DNA of 64,000 bases from Candidatus Hadarchaeales archaeon. Lineage in GTDB: Archaea; Hadarchaeota; Hadarchaeia; Hadarchaeales; Hadarchaeaceae. Within the stretch, counting starts at the first letter, position 1, and each line of letters begins with the position of its first letter. The notes beneath the pieces are model-generated. The model saw only the letters and a program-made list of their open reading frames with translations, ran no database searches and was not told the origin of the DNA. Positions 1-10,350 of this stretch are shown piece by piece. The translations under genes and the position numbers were made by a program. The stretch spans positions 133,842-197,841 of the forward strand of contig JAWBCC010000001.1 in the NCBI GenBank assembly GCA_038823825.1, in the 5' to 3' direction.

Positions 1-3
1 GAG

Positions 4-585
4 TTGGTTCAGAAATACATCGGGGAGGGCGCAAGAATAGTTAGGGAGCTCTTCGATCTGGCAAGAGAAAAAGCTCCATCAATAGTCTTCATAGATGAGT
101 TAGACGCAATCGGGGCAAGACGTCTAGACTCTGCCACTAGTGGAGACAGAGAGGTCTACAGAACCTTCCTGCAACTTCTTGCGGAAATCGACGGCTTTGA
201 CCCCTGCGATAATGTGAAAATAATCGGCGCCACAAACCGTCCGGATATCTTAGATCCAGCCATTCTGAGACCAGGAAGACTGGATCGTCTAATTCACTTC
301 CCACTCCCCGATGAGCAGGCAAGACTCGCAATCTTCCAGATTCACACGAGGAGAATGAATCTAGGGAAATCCGTTAATCTTAAAAGGTTGGCCAAGTCCA
401 CAGCCGGAGCGACGGGTGCCGATATAAAAGCGATATGTACCGAGGCGGGAATGTTCGCAATCAGAGAAGGGCGGGAAATAGTGGAAGAAGTAGACTTTGA
501 AAAAGCTATTGCCAAAGTTCTCCCACCGAACAGATTGGAGATCTCTGATGTCGTTCCAAAACCGGAAAAAATGTATGGCTACTGA
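4..585 (+). CDS. pan: Proteasome-activating nucleotidase (AAA+ ATPase), C-terminal part; the gene start lies upstream of the window
   Basis: Translation contains the AAA sensor and lid region ([21 protein letters not shown], then an alpha-helical lid, C-terminal ...KMYGY) typical of archaeal PAN / 26S Rpt subunits. The ORF runs to the window edge. Confidence 0.85.
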   Translation: MVQKYIGEGARIVRELFDLAREKAPSIVFIDELDAIGARRLDSATSGDREVYRTFLQLLAEIDGFDPCDNVKIIGATNRPDILDPAILRPGRLDRLIHFPLPDEQARLAIFQIHTRRMNLGKSVNLKRLAKSTAGATGADIKAICTEAGMFAIREGREIVEEVDFEKAIAKVLPPNRLEISDVVPKPEKMYGY

Positions 586-1991
586 GAAAGGCGTTTCTCC
601 AGAATATGCCTTATCTCTCTGGGGTCTCCTTTTCCTTTGATTTTTTTCATAACCACACCAACAAGAAAATCCAAGGCTTTTTCTTTTCCTTTTCGGTAAT
701 CTTCAACGGCTTTGTTTTCTTCTTGCAGGGTCTCTTCTATAGCCTTTAAAATTTCGCTGGCTTCAATAGCTAAAAAGCCCATCTCTCTCGCGATTTCCTT
801 AGGATCTCCGGGCTCAACAACCATCTTGCGTAGAACCAGCTCTCCTTGCTCGGGAGTTATTTCCCCAGATCTCACCATCTCAAGCAGTTTGGCGATATCA
901 TTGGGCGAAACTCTCAAATCTTTTGCTCTTAGCTTTAAGTAATTCAAAACTTTTTTCAATCTCGTTCTAATCCAATTGGCTGCCAGAACCGAATCTGTTA
1001 GTTTGGCTACCTCTTCAAAGAAATCGGCAAGTTCTTTTTCACCCACGATAGCCTCAGCCATCTCCTCTGTTATTCCGTACTGTCTAATCAATCTCTCCTT
1101 TCGCAGATGAGGAGCCTCAGGCATTTTCCTTCTTATTTCTTCAACCCATTGTTCATCGATTATGAGTGGCATGATGTCTGGGTCAGGAATGTATCTGTAG
1201 TCCTCCTCGAACTCCTTAGTCCTCATCGGGACAGTAATCATTTGATTTTCAAGGTAAGCTCTGGTTTCTCTTGCCACAATTTCCTTTCTCTTGATCTTTT
1301 CACTTTGTCTCATTATCTCAAACTTCAGCGCTCTGTACGCCCCATGTACTGAGTTTATGTTTTTTATCTCAACCCTCCCGCCCCCCTCCATCGAGATGTT
1401 GACGTCAGTTCTCATCGCTCCTCCGGCCTCCGGTCTGACGACTCCTGTGTACTCAAGAGTACGCGTTAAAATTCTGAGAAATTCTCTTGCTTCTTCCGGT
1501 GATGAAATGTCCGGTTCTGTTACGATTTCGACCAGCGGTATCCCAGATCTATTGAAATCCACAGTTCCGTTCGCCGGATTATATTGACCTGGATCCTCTT
1601 CGATGTGTATTTCTCTTATGCGAACTCCGCTGAGATTTCCATCCTTGGCTATTGGCATGCTTGTTCTCTGATAGCCTGAAGGAAGATCGGGATAATCGTA
1701 GTGCTTACGCAATATATAAATCGGTTCTCCGGTTATCACTCGGCATCCGAGCATGAGCGCAATTTCTATCGCCGCATCTATTGCTTTCTTATTAGGTGGC
1801 ATTGGTTTAGCTCCGGGAGTACCCGTACATATCGCACATATGTTTGTATTTGGAGGAACATCCTGGTAGTTTGTTGGACACTCACAGAATAGCTTCTGCT
1901 CGGTGGCCAGCTGTAAATGAACTTCAAATCCTATCTTTACATTCATCAAAGCAGAATCGCTTTTATCAGATATTAAATCTCTCCGCTTCAT
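579..1991 (-). CDS. gatB: Asp/Glu-tRNA amidotransferase subunit B
   Basis: N-terminus [20 protein letters not shown]...[18 protein letters not shown] motif and a C-terminal GatB/YqeY helical domain. Length is about 470 aa. The true start is probably the internal MNVKIG methionine. Confidence 0.85.
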   Translation of the reverse strand: MKRRDLISDKSDSALMNVKIGFEVHLQLATEQKLFCECPTNYQDVPPNTNICAICTGTPGAKPMPPNKKAIDAAIEIALMLGCRVITGEPIYILRKHYDYPDLPSGYQRTSMPIAKDGNLSGVRIREIHIEEDPGQYNPANGTVDFNRSGIPLVEIVTEPDISSPEEAREFLRILTRTLEYTGVVRPEAGGAMRTDVNISMEGGGRVEIKNINSVHGAYRALKFEIMRQSEKIKRKEIVARETRAYLENQMITVPMRTKEFEEDYRYIPDPDIMPLIIDEQWVEEIRRKMPEAPHLRKERLIRQYGITEEMAEAIVGEKELADFFEEVAKLTDSVLAANWIRTRLKKVLNYLKLRAKDLRVSPNDIAKLLEMVRSGEITPEQGELVLRKMVVEPGDPKEIAREMGFLAIEASEILKAIEETLQEENKAVEDYRKGKEKALDFLVGVVMKKIKGKGDPREIRHILEKRLSQ

Positions 1992-2803
1992 TTGATAGCT
2001 CCGCGCGTGAGGCCCATTATCAGATACCTCTGGAAGATAAGAAAGACCACCAAAAGCGGAATCGAGGCTAGCAAAACGCCCGCAGCCAAAAGCGGATAAT
2101 CTGGAGCTCTTCCGCCTATTCCGGCCAAAGTCGCTAAGCCATAGACGAGAGTCGTGTCAGGATACTCGAGCATGAAAGACGGAAGTATAAAGTCGTTGTA
2201 TGGGACCAAGAACGCCATAAAGGCTATCACTCCTAGAGCCGGTTTTGCGAGGGGAAGTATTACTTTTACGAAAGTCTTGAAGTGTCCGGCTCCGTCCATA
2301 ATCGATGCTTCTACGAGTGTTTTCGGTATGGTATCCATGTATCCCTTTAAGAACCAAGTATAGAACGGGACACTTGAACCCGCATAGATGAGTATCATTC
2401 CGGCCAAGTTAACTAAACCCAAGCTGCTCATTATCTTGTATATAGCGACCATTCCGACCAGCGAGGGGAACATTTGAGCAAAAAGCATAAAGGCAAGCAT
2501 CTGTTTACGCCCGGCAAACTTCATAAAAGAGAAGGCGTATGCTGCCGGACATATCATCACAAAGGTTAGAATTATCGTTCCAAGACAGATTATAGCCGTA
2601 TTCACCGCCCAAAGGATGAAGTGCTGCTCACGGAATAACTTCACGAAGTTTTGGAAAGTTATGGATTCGGGCATAAGGCTCGGCGGTATGAACGTGCTTC
2701 TGAGAGAGGCCGTAAATATAAAGAAGACCGGGAACAACACGGCCAAAACGACGATGATCAGCATAAAATGACTGAGCAAAATTTCCAGCTTCTCTTTCTT
2801 CAT
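1988..2803 (-). CDS. Sugar ABC transporter permease (MalG-like)
   Basis: About 6 predicted TM segments and an EAA-like loop (EASIMDGAG). It overlaps its neighbour by 4 nt in a permease-permease-SBP operon. Confidence 0.8.
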   Translation of the reverse strand: MKKEKLEILLSHFMLIIVVLAVLFPVFFIFTASLRSTFIPPSLMPESITFQNFVKLFREQHFILWAVNTAIICLGTIILTFVMICPAAYAFSFMKFAGRKQMLAFMLFAQMFPSLVGMVAIYKIMSSLGLVNLAGMILIYAGSSVPFYTWFLKGYMDTIPKTLVEASIMDGAGHFKTFVKVILPLAKPALGVIAFMAFLVPYNDFILPSFMLEYPDTTLVYGLATLAGIGGRAPDYPLLAAGVLLASIPLLVVFLIFQRYLIMGLTRGAIK

Positions 2804-3681
2804 CTGACCACCTCTTTTGTGGCTCCAGTAATCTTGAGGTTTATGAAGGTCAGGCCGGCTAGGATGAAGAAGAGAATGACAGAGAAAGCCGCGGCTATAG
2901 CATAGAAGTGTCCTTCACCAAAGGCGAGCCTGTAGAAGTATGTTATCATTATGTCACTACCTCCCGGGGCATTTGTAACTCCCGTCGGCGGTCCTCCCTC
3001 CGAAAGCATCCACACGACCGTAAAATTGTTGAAATGGAATGCGAATGTGAATATAAGAATTGGGACTATCACAGACTTTAGAAGCGGAAGGGTAATTTTC
3101 CAAAATTTACGGATCTTACTTGCACCGTCAATTGCTGCGGCTTCATAGACACTCGGTGGAATGCTTTGGAGGCCTCCGAGGCAAGCACACATCATGAATG
3201 GAAAGGCGGTCCAAACATTCACAAGAAGTATTATCATCCTTGCTCCCCAGACGCTTTGAAATCCTCCCTTAAGGTAAAGGGACCAACTTGTTCCTAACAA
3301 ACCTCTCCAAGCCATTATCGTTATCGTGGATGGAAGGGCCCAGGGGATTATCAGAAGAGTCCTGTAGATTGCCCTACCCTTGAGCTTAGGATTGTTCAGG
3401 ATTATTGCGAGGACAAGTCCGATTGAGAATGCGATTCCAACTGAAAGAGCAGCGAACAAGAGGTTCCAACTGAAGACACCTAAGAAATATCTGGTGTAGC
3501 CTCCTTTGACGATCTCAGCGTAGTTCTGAAGTCCGACAAATTCGTAATGCGGATCATGACCAGGACCCCAGTTTGTGAGGGAGATATAAATGTTGTATGT
3601 GCTGATGGCAAGGATCGCAAAGCTCATCCCTATGACCGCAGGGAGGATAAAAAGATATGCGCTTTTTTCTCCGATTTTCAT
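2800..3681 (-). CDS. Sugar ABC transporter permease (MalF-like)
   Basis: Polytopic membrane protein with the EAAAIDGAS permease signature. It is coupled by 4 nt overlap to the downstream permease. Confidence 0.8.
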   Translation of the reverse strand: MKIGEKSAYLFILPAVIGMSFAILAISTYNIYISLTNWGPGHDPHYEFVGLQNYAEIVKGGYTRYFLGVFSWNLLFAALSVGIAFSIGLVLAIILNNPKLKGRAIYRTLLIIPWALPSTITIMAWRGLLGTSWSLYLKGGFQSVWGARMIILLVNVWTAFPFMMCACLGGLQSIPPSVYEAAAIDGASKIRKFWKITLPLLKSVIVPILIFTFAFHFNNFTVVWMLSEGGPPTGVTNAPGGSDIMITYFYRLAFGEGHFYAIAAAFSVILFFILAGLTFINLKITGATKEVVR

Positions 3682-3685
3682 AACA

Positions 3686-4915
3686 TCACCTTCTCTTCGC
3701 TATCGACTCTTTCATCTGTTGCACAGCCTCCTCCAACGTGGATGCAGGATCCTGCCCTAGGACGATCATCTTCAGAGCGTTTGTCCAAGGCGTCCACACA
3801 CTGTCCATTTCAGGGATTTTGGGCATTATTATTCCATTCTCTATCTGGGCGAGAACTATTCTAACCTCTTCCTTATTTTCCATTTCAGCAAGCACATCAA
3901 GTCTGCTTGGGATTCTCCAGCCGGCCTGATGCAGAGTTCTTTGGGAATTTTCACTACTGAGGAATTTCGCAAGATTCATCGCTGTTTCAAAGTTCTTGGA
4001 TTTTGGGTTGACCATGCAGACTTGAACCCCCACAAACGTTTTCGGATATTCTCCGTTCGGGAGCTTCGGAAAGTTTGATATCCTATAGGTTATTCCCGCT
4101 CTTCTTATTTCCTCGAAGGCCCAAGGTCCATCGATTATCACAGCCGCCCTGCCCGCTTTGAAATACTCACGCACCGAGTAGGGATTAAGAGTAGTATCTA
4201 TCGGTAGGACACCGTCCTTTACCATTTGCTGGATGAATCGTGCGCCATCAATGGCGCCGGGATTTGCGAGTCCTATATTTTCAACATTCTCTTCATCCCC
4301 GAAAACATATGCCCCGTAGCCCGACATAATCGGAAAAGAGTAATAAGGATCGACATGTGGATAATAGAAACCAAAGAAGTCAGGTCTTCTCACGGATTTC
4401 GCATAATTGAGAAGGTCCTCCCAGTCTTCAAAAGTGTTCTCAACCAAGCCAGAATTGTAAATTAAAACTAAGCTCTCCATCAGGCATGGAAAACCCCATA
4501 TCTTGTTTTCATATGTTACCGCAGAAAGAGCCTTTTCAAAGAATTTGCTTTTCTCGCTTTCGGGGAAATATTCGTCCGTGATTGGGGCGATAACGCCCAT
4601 TTCTGCAAACTCTCCTATCCAGTCATGTGGACCGAGCAAAACATCTGGTCCCTTTCCGATGGGAACACCAACTCGGTATCTCGATCTTAGATCTTCGATG
4701 TTTGCTACCCAGACAACTCTTACGGTGGTTCCTTCTTCTTTCTCAAAGATTTTGACGAGATTCTCAACAGCTTCGACTTCGCTCCTGACTAATCCAATCC
4801 AGAGCGTGATTTCACCTCTGGGTATTAGCATTTGTCTAGTAGGGATGAGGATTACAAAAGCAACAACTGCAAGCAACATATATGTGAAGAGCCCAGGTGT
4901 TCGACTCAACCTCAC
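3686..4915 (-). CDS. Maltose/trehalose/maltodextrin-binding protein (ABC substrate-binding protein, N-terminal membrane anchor)
   Basis: N-terminal hydrophobic anchor followed by GKGPDVLLGPHDWIGEFAEMGV.., which resembles MalE/TMBP family solute-binding proteins. It is the first gene of the permease operon. Confidence 0.75.
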   Translation of the reverse strand: MRLSRTPGLFTYMLLAVVAFVILIPTRQMLIPRGEITLWIGLVRSEVEAVENLVKIFEKEEGTTVRVVWVANIEDLRSRYRVGVPIGKGPDVLLGPHDWIGEFAEMGVIAPITDEYFPESEKSKFFEKALSAVTYENKIWGFPCLMESLVLIYNSGLVENTFEDWEDLLNYAKSVRRPDFFGFYYPHVDPYYSFPIMSGYGAYVFGDEENVENIGLANPGAIDGARFIQQMVKDGVLPIDTTLNPYSVREYFKAGRAAVIIDGPWAFEEIRRAGITYRISNFPKLPNGEYPKTFVGVQVCMVNPKSKNFETAMNLAKFLSSENSQRTLHQAGWRIPSRLDVLAEMENKEEVRIVLAQIENGIIMPKIPEMDSVWTPWTNALKMIVLGQDPASTLEEAVQQMKESIAKRR

Positions 4916-4997
4916 ACCAAAAAATATTCAAAAATTTCAATATTAACTTTTTTGGATTGAGAGAAATTAATAAATCCCAGTTCTGTGTAAAAATTAT
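4916..4997. promoter_or_regulatory. Divergent intergenic promoter region between the SBP-permease operon and malK. It is AT-rich with TATA/BRE-like boxes and an imperfect inverted repeat TATTAA-N22-TTAATA
   Basis: An 82 nt AT-rich spacer between divergently transcribed transporter genes; motifs were read by eye only. Confidence 0.3.
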
Positions 4998-6089
4998 TTG
5001 ATAAACTTGGCAAGCGTTACCCTGGAAAACGTCACCAAAAAATTTGGTCAAGTAACTGCAGTTGATAACGTTTCTTTAGAGGTTAAGGATGGGGAACTCG
5101 TTGTTCTTGTTGGGCCGAGTGGATGTGGAAAATCAACCTTGATCAGAATGATAGCAGGGCTTGAGACACCGGACGAAGGAAACATCTATTTAGATGATTT
5201 GCTTGTAAACGACTTGCCTCCCAAAGACCGGAACGTTGCAATGGTTTTTCAAGATTACGCTCTCTATCCACACATGACAGTTTTTGAGAATATGGCATTC
5301 GCTTTAGAGAATTTTGGATATGATGAGAGAGAAATTCGAAAGAGAGTCAAAGAGGCGGCCCATCTACTGGGAATCGAGAATCTTCTAGACAGGAAACCGG
5401 CGCAGTTATCTGGAGGTCAAAGGCAAAGAGTTGCACTTGGAAGAGCCATCGTTCGTGAACCGAAAGTTTTCCTGTGGGATGAGCCGCTCAGCAATATTGA
5501 CGCAAAACTGAGAGTCGAAATGAGGGCAGAACTGAGAAAGCTTCAGCGCAGGCTCAAGGTGACGACCATTCATGTTACGCACGATCAAGTCGAAGCAATG
5601 ACAATGGCCGATAGGGTTGCCGTAATGAAGGACGGGAGGATAAGACAATTCGATTCACCGGAAAAAGTTTACAGCAAGCCTGCGGATGAATTCGTCGCGA
5701 GTTTCATAGGAAGCCCACCAATGAACTTCTTTGACTGTGTTTTGACGAGAAAGCGAGGAAAGCTCGTTATAGAGGCTGAAGAGTTTGTGTTGGATGTCCC
5801 AAGAGAACTGAAAGATATCCTCAAGGGTTTGGTTGGCAAGGAACTGAGATTTGGAATAAGACCCGAGGACATATGCTTTTCGACGAAGAAAGGCGGAATA
5901 AAAGCAAAGGTGGATGTTGTTGAGCCATTGGGAGCAGAAGTTCTTGTTCATCTTCTAATCGGCAAATCTCCAGCCATGATGCGGACGGATCCGAAGAGTG
6001 CACCGAAACCTGGTGAAATGGTTTTACTCGAGTTCCCATCGGAGAAGTGGCACATCTTTGATAGAAAGACGACAAAGGCGATTATCTGA
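4998..6089 (+). CDS. malK: Sugar ABC transporter ATP-binding protein (MalK-like with C-terminal regulatory/TOBE domain)
   Basis: Walker A GPSGCGKST, ABC signature LSGGQRQR, Walker B FLWDEPLSNID and H-loop, plus a roughly 120 aa C-terminal MalK-type domain. It is divergent from the SBP operon. Confidence 0.85.
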   Translation: MINLASVTLENVTKKFGQVTAVDNVSLEVKDGELVVLVGPSGCGKSTLIRMIAGLETPDEGNIYLDDLLVNDLPPKDRNVAMVFQDYALYPHMTVFENMAFALENFGYDEREIRKRVKEAAHLLGIENLLDRKPAQLSGGQRQRVALGRAIVREPKVFLWDEPLSNIDAKLRVEMRAELRKLQRRLKVTTIHVTHDQVEAMTMADRVAVMKDGRIRQFDSPEKVYSKPADEFVASFIGSPPMNFFDCVLTRKRGKLVIEAEEFVLDVPRELKDILKGLVGKELRFGIRPEDICFSTKKGGIKAKVDVVEPLGAEVLVHLLIGKSPAMMRTDPKSAPKPGEMVLLEFPSEKWHIFDRKTTKAII

Positions 6090-9000
6090 GACTGAGAAGG
6101 ATCTTTAAGATTATGCCAGCCACCACTGCGATTCCGATACTTACTCCTATGAATGTGTAGTCGAGCTTGGGTTTTTCTTCGAATATTTCGACCGAATATC
6201 CCAAATTGTTCTCTCCTCGATCCCAGACGGTTTCACCTCCGCCAATGGCTTTAATCATGAATGTGAGTTTTACATCCGCGAATGGTCCCAATTCTGCGAT
6301 CCACCACCCGGTGGTTGGATCGATTTGCATCTGCGTTTCTCCGCTACTACCTTTGTTGGTCCACCAAACGACAAAAACGCTTTCAATTGTCCCTTCGGTC
6401 TGGCATGAAACTCGCACGAAATTACCAAAAAGAACATAGCTCGTGTTTTTTATTTTTAGACCGACAGGAGGCAAAGGAGTTCTAACTTTTACAGTCAGAG
6501 TTTTCCTCTTTTCTAAAGATCCAGACTTAGCCGTGACTGTTATCTCATAATCTCCGTCTGAGGTTTCCCTTCCAACCGATATGAACAGGCTTGCCGTGAA
6601 TGGCGGATAGCCATTTTCAGGATAGACCGAGAGCAGAAAACCTGACGGACCGGAAATTTTGAGTTCCACCAGATTTTCATACACCCCCAAATTTTCGATT
6701 CTTAACTCCACAGTTTGATTTTCACCTGCTCTCGCCTGAATCTGAGATGGTATGATTTCAAGTCGGAAGTCTGCCACGGGCAGCGCGACCGTATAGTATA
6801 CAATGACTGTTTTTGTATTAACATCTTTCAGATTTAACCTAAGTTTTTCTCCGTCGACGTGCACTATGTCGTTTTCGCCATCTATTTCCACTGTTACAGC
6901 AGGAAGTCCAGCCGGTAGGGTCAGCTCAAGCAGAATCTGTTCATTTTGCGCAGAGATATCGACCTTTTGCATATTTTCATTCCAAGAGTAACTGACCTTC
7001 AGCGGCTTCCCTCTCACAATAGTTCTGCCAGAAAGGAGATTCGTGTTCTCAAGAGGTTTAGGAGATATAACTGTATAGTTCTCGAACGGCTTTACCCCGA
7101 GGAACACTTGATAATACGTTCTCAAAAATTCTGCAATCGACCAAGCCTGCGTCCAGCAACCTTTTGGCTTATCTCTATCACCATCGCTAATCTCGTGAAT
7201 GGCCCCAACGTTTGCTTGCTGGAGTAGTTGCTTTTTGAATAAATGAAAGAGATGTGAAGCTTCCCCAAGCTTATTCGATTCTGCCATGACTTCTATCGCA
7301 GGACCAGATAACCACGGCCAGACATCTCCGTTGTGATATGCGGGTGGATCCCACGTTTGATCGTCAATTCCAACGTAAAGCGGATCCGCCGGATTTAGCG
7401 ATCTTACACCATGCGCCGCTATCAGTCCGCTTGAGATCGCAGTTTTAATGGCTTGCTCTATTTTCTCTGAGGGAAGCAAATTCTCGGCTACGGAGATAGC
7501 TATTAGAGCGTTCGGTCGGATTCTAGCCACTGCCTGCCCTGCGGGTGTAATATAATCGTTGAGGTATCCTGTCGATTGGTTCCAGAATTTAGCTTCAAAG
7601 TTCTTACGCGCATTTTCGGCTATCTCCCACCACTTCGCACTCTTTTGATTTTGTCCCAAAATTCCAGCAATTTTTGCCGCATCATCCAGAGCCTTTATCC
7701 ACAAAGCCTGTATCTCTACGGGTTTTCCTATCCTAGGATCTCTCGAAGTGTCCATCCAAGTTTCCAAATTGTCACTTCTGACGAAGCCGTCTGTTGGATC
7801 ACCGTAGACCGCCCAAGTTCTCTCGATCGCTCTTTCGATCACCGGGAAGATGTCGGAGAGAAATCCACTATCTCCACTGTACAGATAATACTCATAGCAT
7901 CTGATGATGAACCACAAGGTGGCGTCGGAGGTCGTATAGGCGCGCCAGTCACCAATCCTGTTCGGAATGCGACCGTCGCTTTCCCTCTGAAATCCTGCGA
8001 AGCTTAGGATTATCTCTTTTGCTTCTTGAAGTCTACCAGTAACGAGTGCAGACCCGCTCAGACTTATGAAAGTGTCTCTTCCCCACCCCTGATTGAACCA
8101 AGGAAGACCAGCCCATATCACTTTTCCAAATTCTTCATTCACGATCAAACTGTCAACGGAGGCTACAGCAAGCTTTAGAGCTTTTGTTAATGAAGGATCC
8201 GAGGTCTGAATCTCGCATGACTGTATGAGCGAAAGAATTCTGGATCTCTTTGTGTCCAGCAGGTCGGAATAGCTATTGATCGCCGATCTCGCTAAAGATA
8301 TGGCTTCCTGAGAGGTTTTACCAACAGCAATGGCAAATAGGACATCCCGAGCATTTTCAACGACAAGAGTTCCACTTCTATAAACGTTCCAAAAAATCCG
8401 TTGTTTGTTTTCTATTCTCATTTCATCGAAAGGATATTCGTGCGTGGCGCTTCCCCCTCCCGACTGATAGGTGGCTCCTTCTCGACAGGTGATTGCCACA
8501 TATGCCACATTCTCTCTGTCGGACGCCCTAGAATGAAGTACAAGCACACCATTCTCGAAGTATTCCTCGTCGCTATATGAGATATCCAGAAATGGTGTGA
8601 ATCTGATGGTAGACTGTGAATCTCCTGCGTATCTTACGAAGAAAACGTTTAGGTTATCTGGAAGGAAAATTTCTTCGGTCCAGCCACCGGCGGATCTGAG
8701 CAGTTTGTAAGGCAGATATGTAAAAGTTGATGGGGCGGGCGTAATTCTTTGCCCGCCGATTTCGGTTGCCCAGCTTTCAACGACTCGTTTATTCTTCACA
8801 GTAAAACCGGAAAACTGCGAAATTGGCTCACCAGTAGTTGAAATCCAGAGAAAAGAGTCTTTCTTGTTTGTGAAAGTGCAAGCCAAAGACCATTCCGAGT
8901 TACCGGTGATTGAAAATTCGGGTTCACCGAATTCTATTGATGAGTTGAGCCACATCGGAAAATTCTCAAAGATTCCCAGTTCGCTTGGAACTTCTCCGGA

Positions 9001-10350
9001 CATCCCCACAGATTTTACCGCGTTTTCGGCAGCTTGGAGCGCAAGATTCAGGGCTGTGTAGCACTTCTGTGCCCAATCCTGAGAATCCCAGAACCAGTAG
9101 CAACTTGTTTCTGCCATCGCAAAATATCCCCAAGCCCTTTTCATGTAGCTCTCTGCCAGTGATCCGTAAATTTGAGAATCGATTTGTTTGAGTTGTTGTC
9201 TAACCTCCGCAACTCTTTGCCACATCTCTCTGTCTAGCTGGCTACCGGCCCAAGTCGAGAGGTCTAATCTTGCTCCGCCTACTCCCCAGGAGCCGGTTTT
9301 TATCTTTATCACGTCGGTCGGGCGGTAGACTTCACGCAGATACTCGCTGATAGTGGTTAACCTTATCCAACCTTCATTTTTGATTCGCTCAAGAAATCCT
9401 GGCCAGAACCAGTCGTAATATCCGGCTCCTGCCTGTCGCATCCATCCGTTTTCACCATCGCTTAGTATGACTACGAGGAAAGGTTTGCTCGGATCGTTGT
9501 TCCACTGCTGAATTATTCTGAGTTGATCAATCAGGTAAGCCGGATCGAAGCCATCCTGCTGGTTCTGACCGAGCCAGTGCTCCCTTGGAATGACGATTAT
9601 AAAAACTCCAGCATATTCGGCTAGGTGCGGCCTGAAAGCCAGCTCACAGTATGTTCTGGACCATTTGGTGTTATCCGATCCAATGATGTGAAAGCTGTCG
9701 AAAAAGACCCACTCTATTCCAAAACTTTTCAACCATGGGATTATATTTTCGCTGAAGGCGAGTTCGGGTGGAAAGAATCCCTTCGGAGTAACTCCAAAAT
9801 ATTTCTTACACCACGCCAGCATCTTCTGGAAGTGGATTTGTGCATCCTCTCTTTCGATTAGCGGGAATATTGGGTGATAGAAACCATCGATCACGAGTTC
9901 CAATCTACCTGTTTGAATCGCCCGTCTGTACTCGTCCCAGATACCCGCCAGACTTGTGTCTTTTGAAACGAAATTCTCTTTTGCCAGAAAATCGAGTTGC
10001 CACAGAAGCGAACCCGTAAAGTGGACAGTTATCTTTGCTTCCGGATAGGTGTTTACGAGCGTCGCTGGCCTAAGATAGCAGAAGCCACACTCTTCGAAGA
10101 CATCTTTAACAGTCATGCTTGAACCAGGACTCGTTGGACTGTTGAAATAATCCCAGCCGATCTGCATTCCAGGATGGTAGATCGGTTGGTGAAAATGAAC
10201 AGCGAATGCGATGTAAAGGGGGACTTGTGTCTGGCTTTTTGATGGTCTTGGGAGTAGTGCGACAGCACCCAAAAGGACAAGTATAACCAACAGTATCGCA
10301 AGTCGCATTCGAATGTTTGTATTATCTCTTGCTGGTAATAAATGTTTCAT
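6082..10350 (-). CDS. Giant membrane-anchored alpha-glucan hydrolase with an N-terminal GH57 catalytic domain (amylopullulanase-like), a GDE-type (amylo-alpha-1,6-glucosidase-like, six-hairpin) domain and beta-sandwich domains, ending in a C-terminal TM anchor
   Basis: Signal peptide; GH57 signature region (HFHQPIYHPG, LVIDGFYHPIFPL); a later region matching the glycogen-debranching-enzyme C-terminal core (WAGLPWFNQGWGRDTFISLSG); a C-terminal hydrophobic anchor ending ..ILKILLSLR. Confidence 0.7.
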   Translation of the reverse strand: MKHLLPARDNTNIRMRLAILLVILVLLGAVALLPRPSKSQTQVPLYIAFAVHFHQPIYHPGMQIGWDYFNSPTSPGSSMTVKDVFEECGFCYLRPATLVNTYPEAKITVHFTGSLLWQLDFLAKENFVSKDTSLAGIWDEYRRAIQTGRLELVIDGFYHPIFPLIEREDAQIHFQKMLAWCKKYFGVTPKGFFPPELAFSENIIPWLKSFGIEWVFFDSFHIIGSDNTKWSRTYCELAFRPHLAEYAGVFIIVIPREHWLGQNQQDGFDPAYLIDQLRIIQQWNNDPSKPFLVVILSDGENGWMRQAGAGYYDWFWPGFLERIKNEGWIRLTTISEYLREVYRPTDVIKIKTGSWGVGGARLDLSTWAGSQLDREMWQRVAEVRQQLKQIDSQIYGSLAESYMKRAWGYFAMAETSCYWFWDSQDWAQKCYTALNLALQAAENAVKSVGMSGEVPSELGIFENFPMWLNSSIEFGEPEFSITGNSEWSLACTFTNKKDSFLWISTTGEPISQFSGFTVKNKRVVESWATEIGGQRITPAPSTFTYLPYKLLRSAGGWTEEIFLPDNLNVFFVRYAGDSQSTIRFTPFLDISYSDEEYFENGVLVLHSRASDRENVAYVAITCREGATYQSGGGSATHEYPFDEMRIENKQRIFWNVYRSGTLVVENARDVLFAIAVGKTSQEAISLARSAINSYSDLLDTKRSRILSLIQSCEIQTSDPSLTKALKLAVASVDSLIVNEEFGKVIWAGLPWFNQGWGRDTFISLSGSALVTGRLQEAKEIILSFAGFQRESDGRIPNRIGDWRAYTTSDATLWFIIRCYEYYLYSGDSGFLSDIFPVIERAIERTWAVYGDPTDGFVRSDNLETWMDTSRDPRIGKPVEIQALWIKALDDAAKIAGILGQNQKSAKWWEIAENARKNFEAKFWNQSTGYLNDYITPAGQAVARIRPNALIAISVAENLLPSEKIEQAIKTAISSGLIAAHGVRSLNPADPLYVGIDDQTWDPPAYHNGDVWPWLSGPAIEVMAESNKLGEASHLFHLFKKQLLQQANVGAIHEISDGDRDKPKGCWTQAWSIAEFLRTYYQVFLGVKPFENYTVISPKPLENTNLLSGRTIVRGKPLKVSYSWNENMQKVDISAQNEQILLELTLPAGLPAVTVEIDGENDIVHVDGEKLRLNLKDVNTKTVIVYYTVALPVADFRLEIIPSQIQARAGENQTVELRIENLGVYENLVELKISGPSGFLLSVYPENGYPPFTASLFISVGRETSDGDYEITVTAKSGSLEKRKTLTVKVRTPLPPVGLKIKNTSYVLFGNFVRVSCQTEGTIESVFVVWWTNKGSSGETQMQIDPTTGWWIAELGPFADVKLTFMIKAIGGGETVWDRGENNLGYSVEIFEEKPKLDYTFIGVSIGIAVVAGIILKILLSLR

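Noticed and set aside
712-1892. Several 60-100 aa ORFs antisense to gatB (712..942, 1107..1352, 1291..1587, 1701..1892)
   Set aside because: They lie entirely within a strongly supported conserved gene on the other strand and have low-complexity translations with no motifs. They are typical shadow ORFs. The same applies to the many short ORFs embedded in the giant GH genes and the pse genes.
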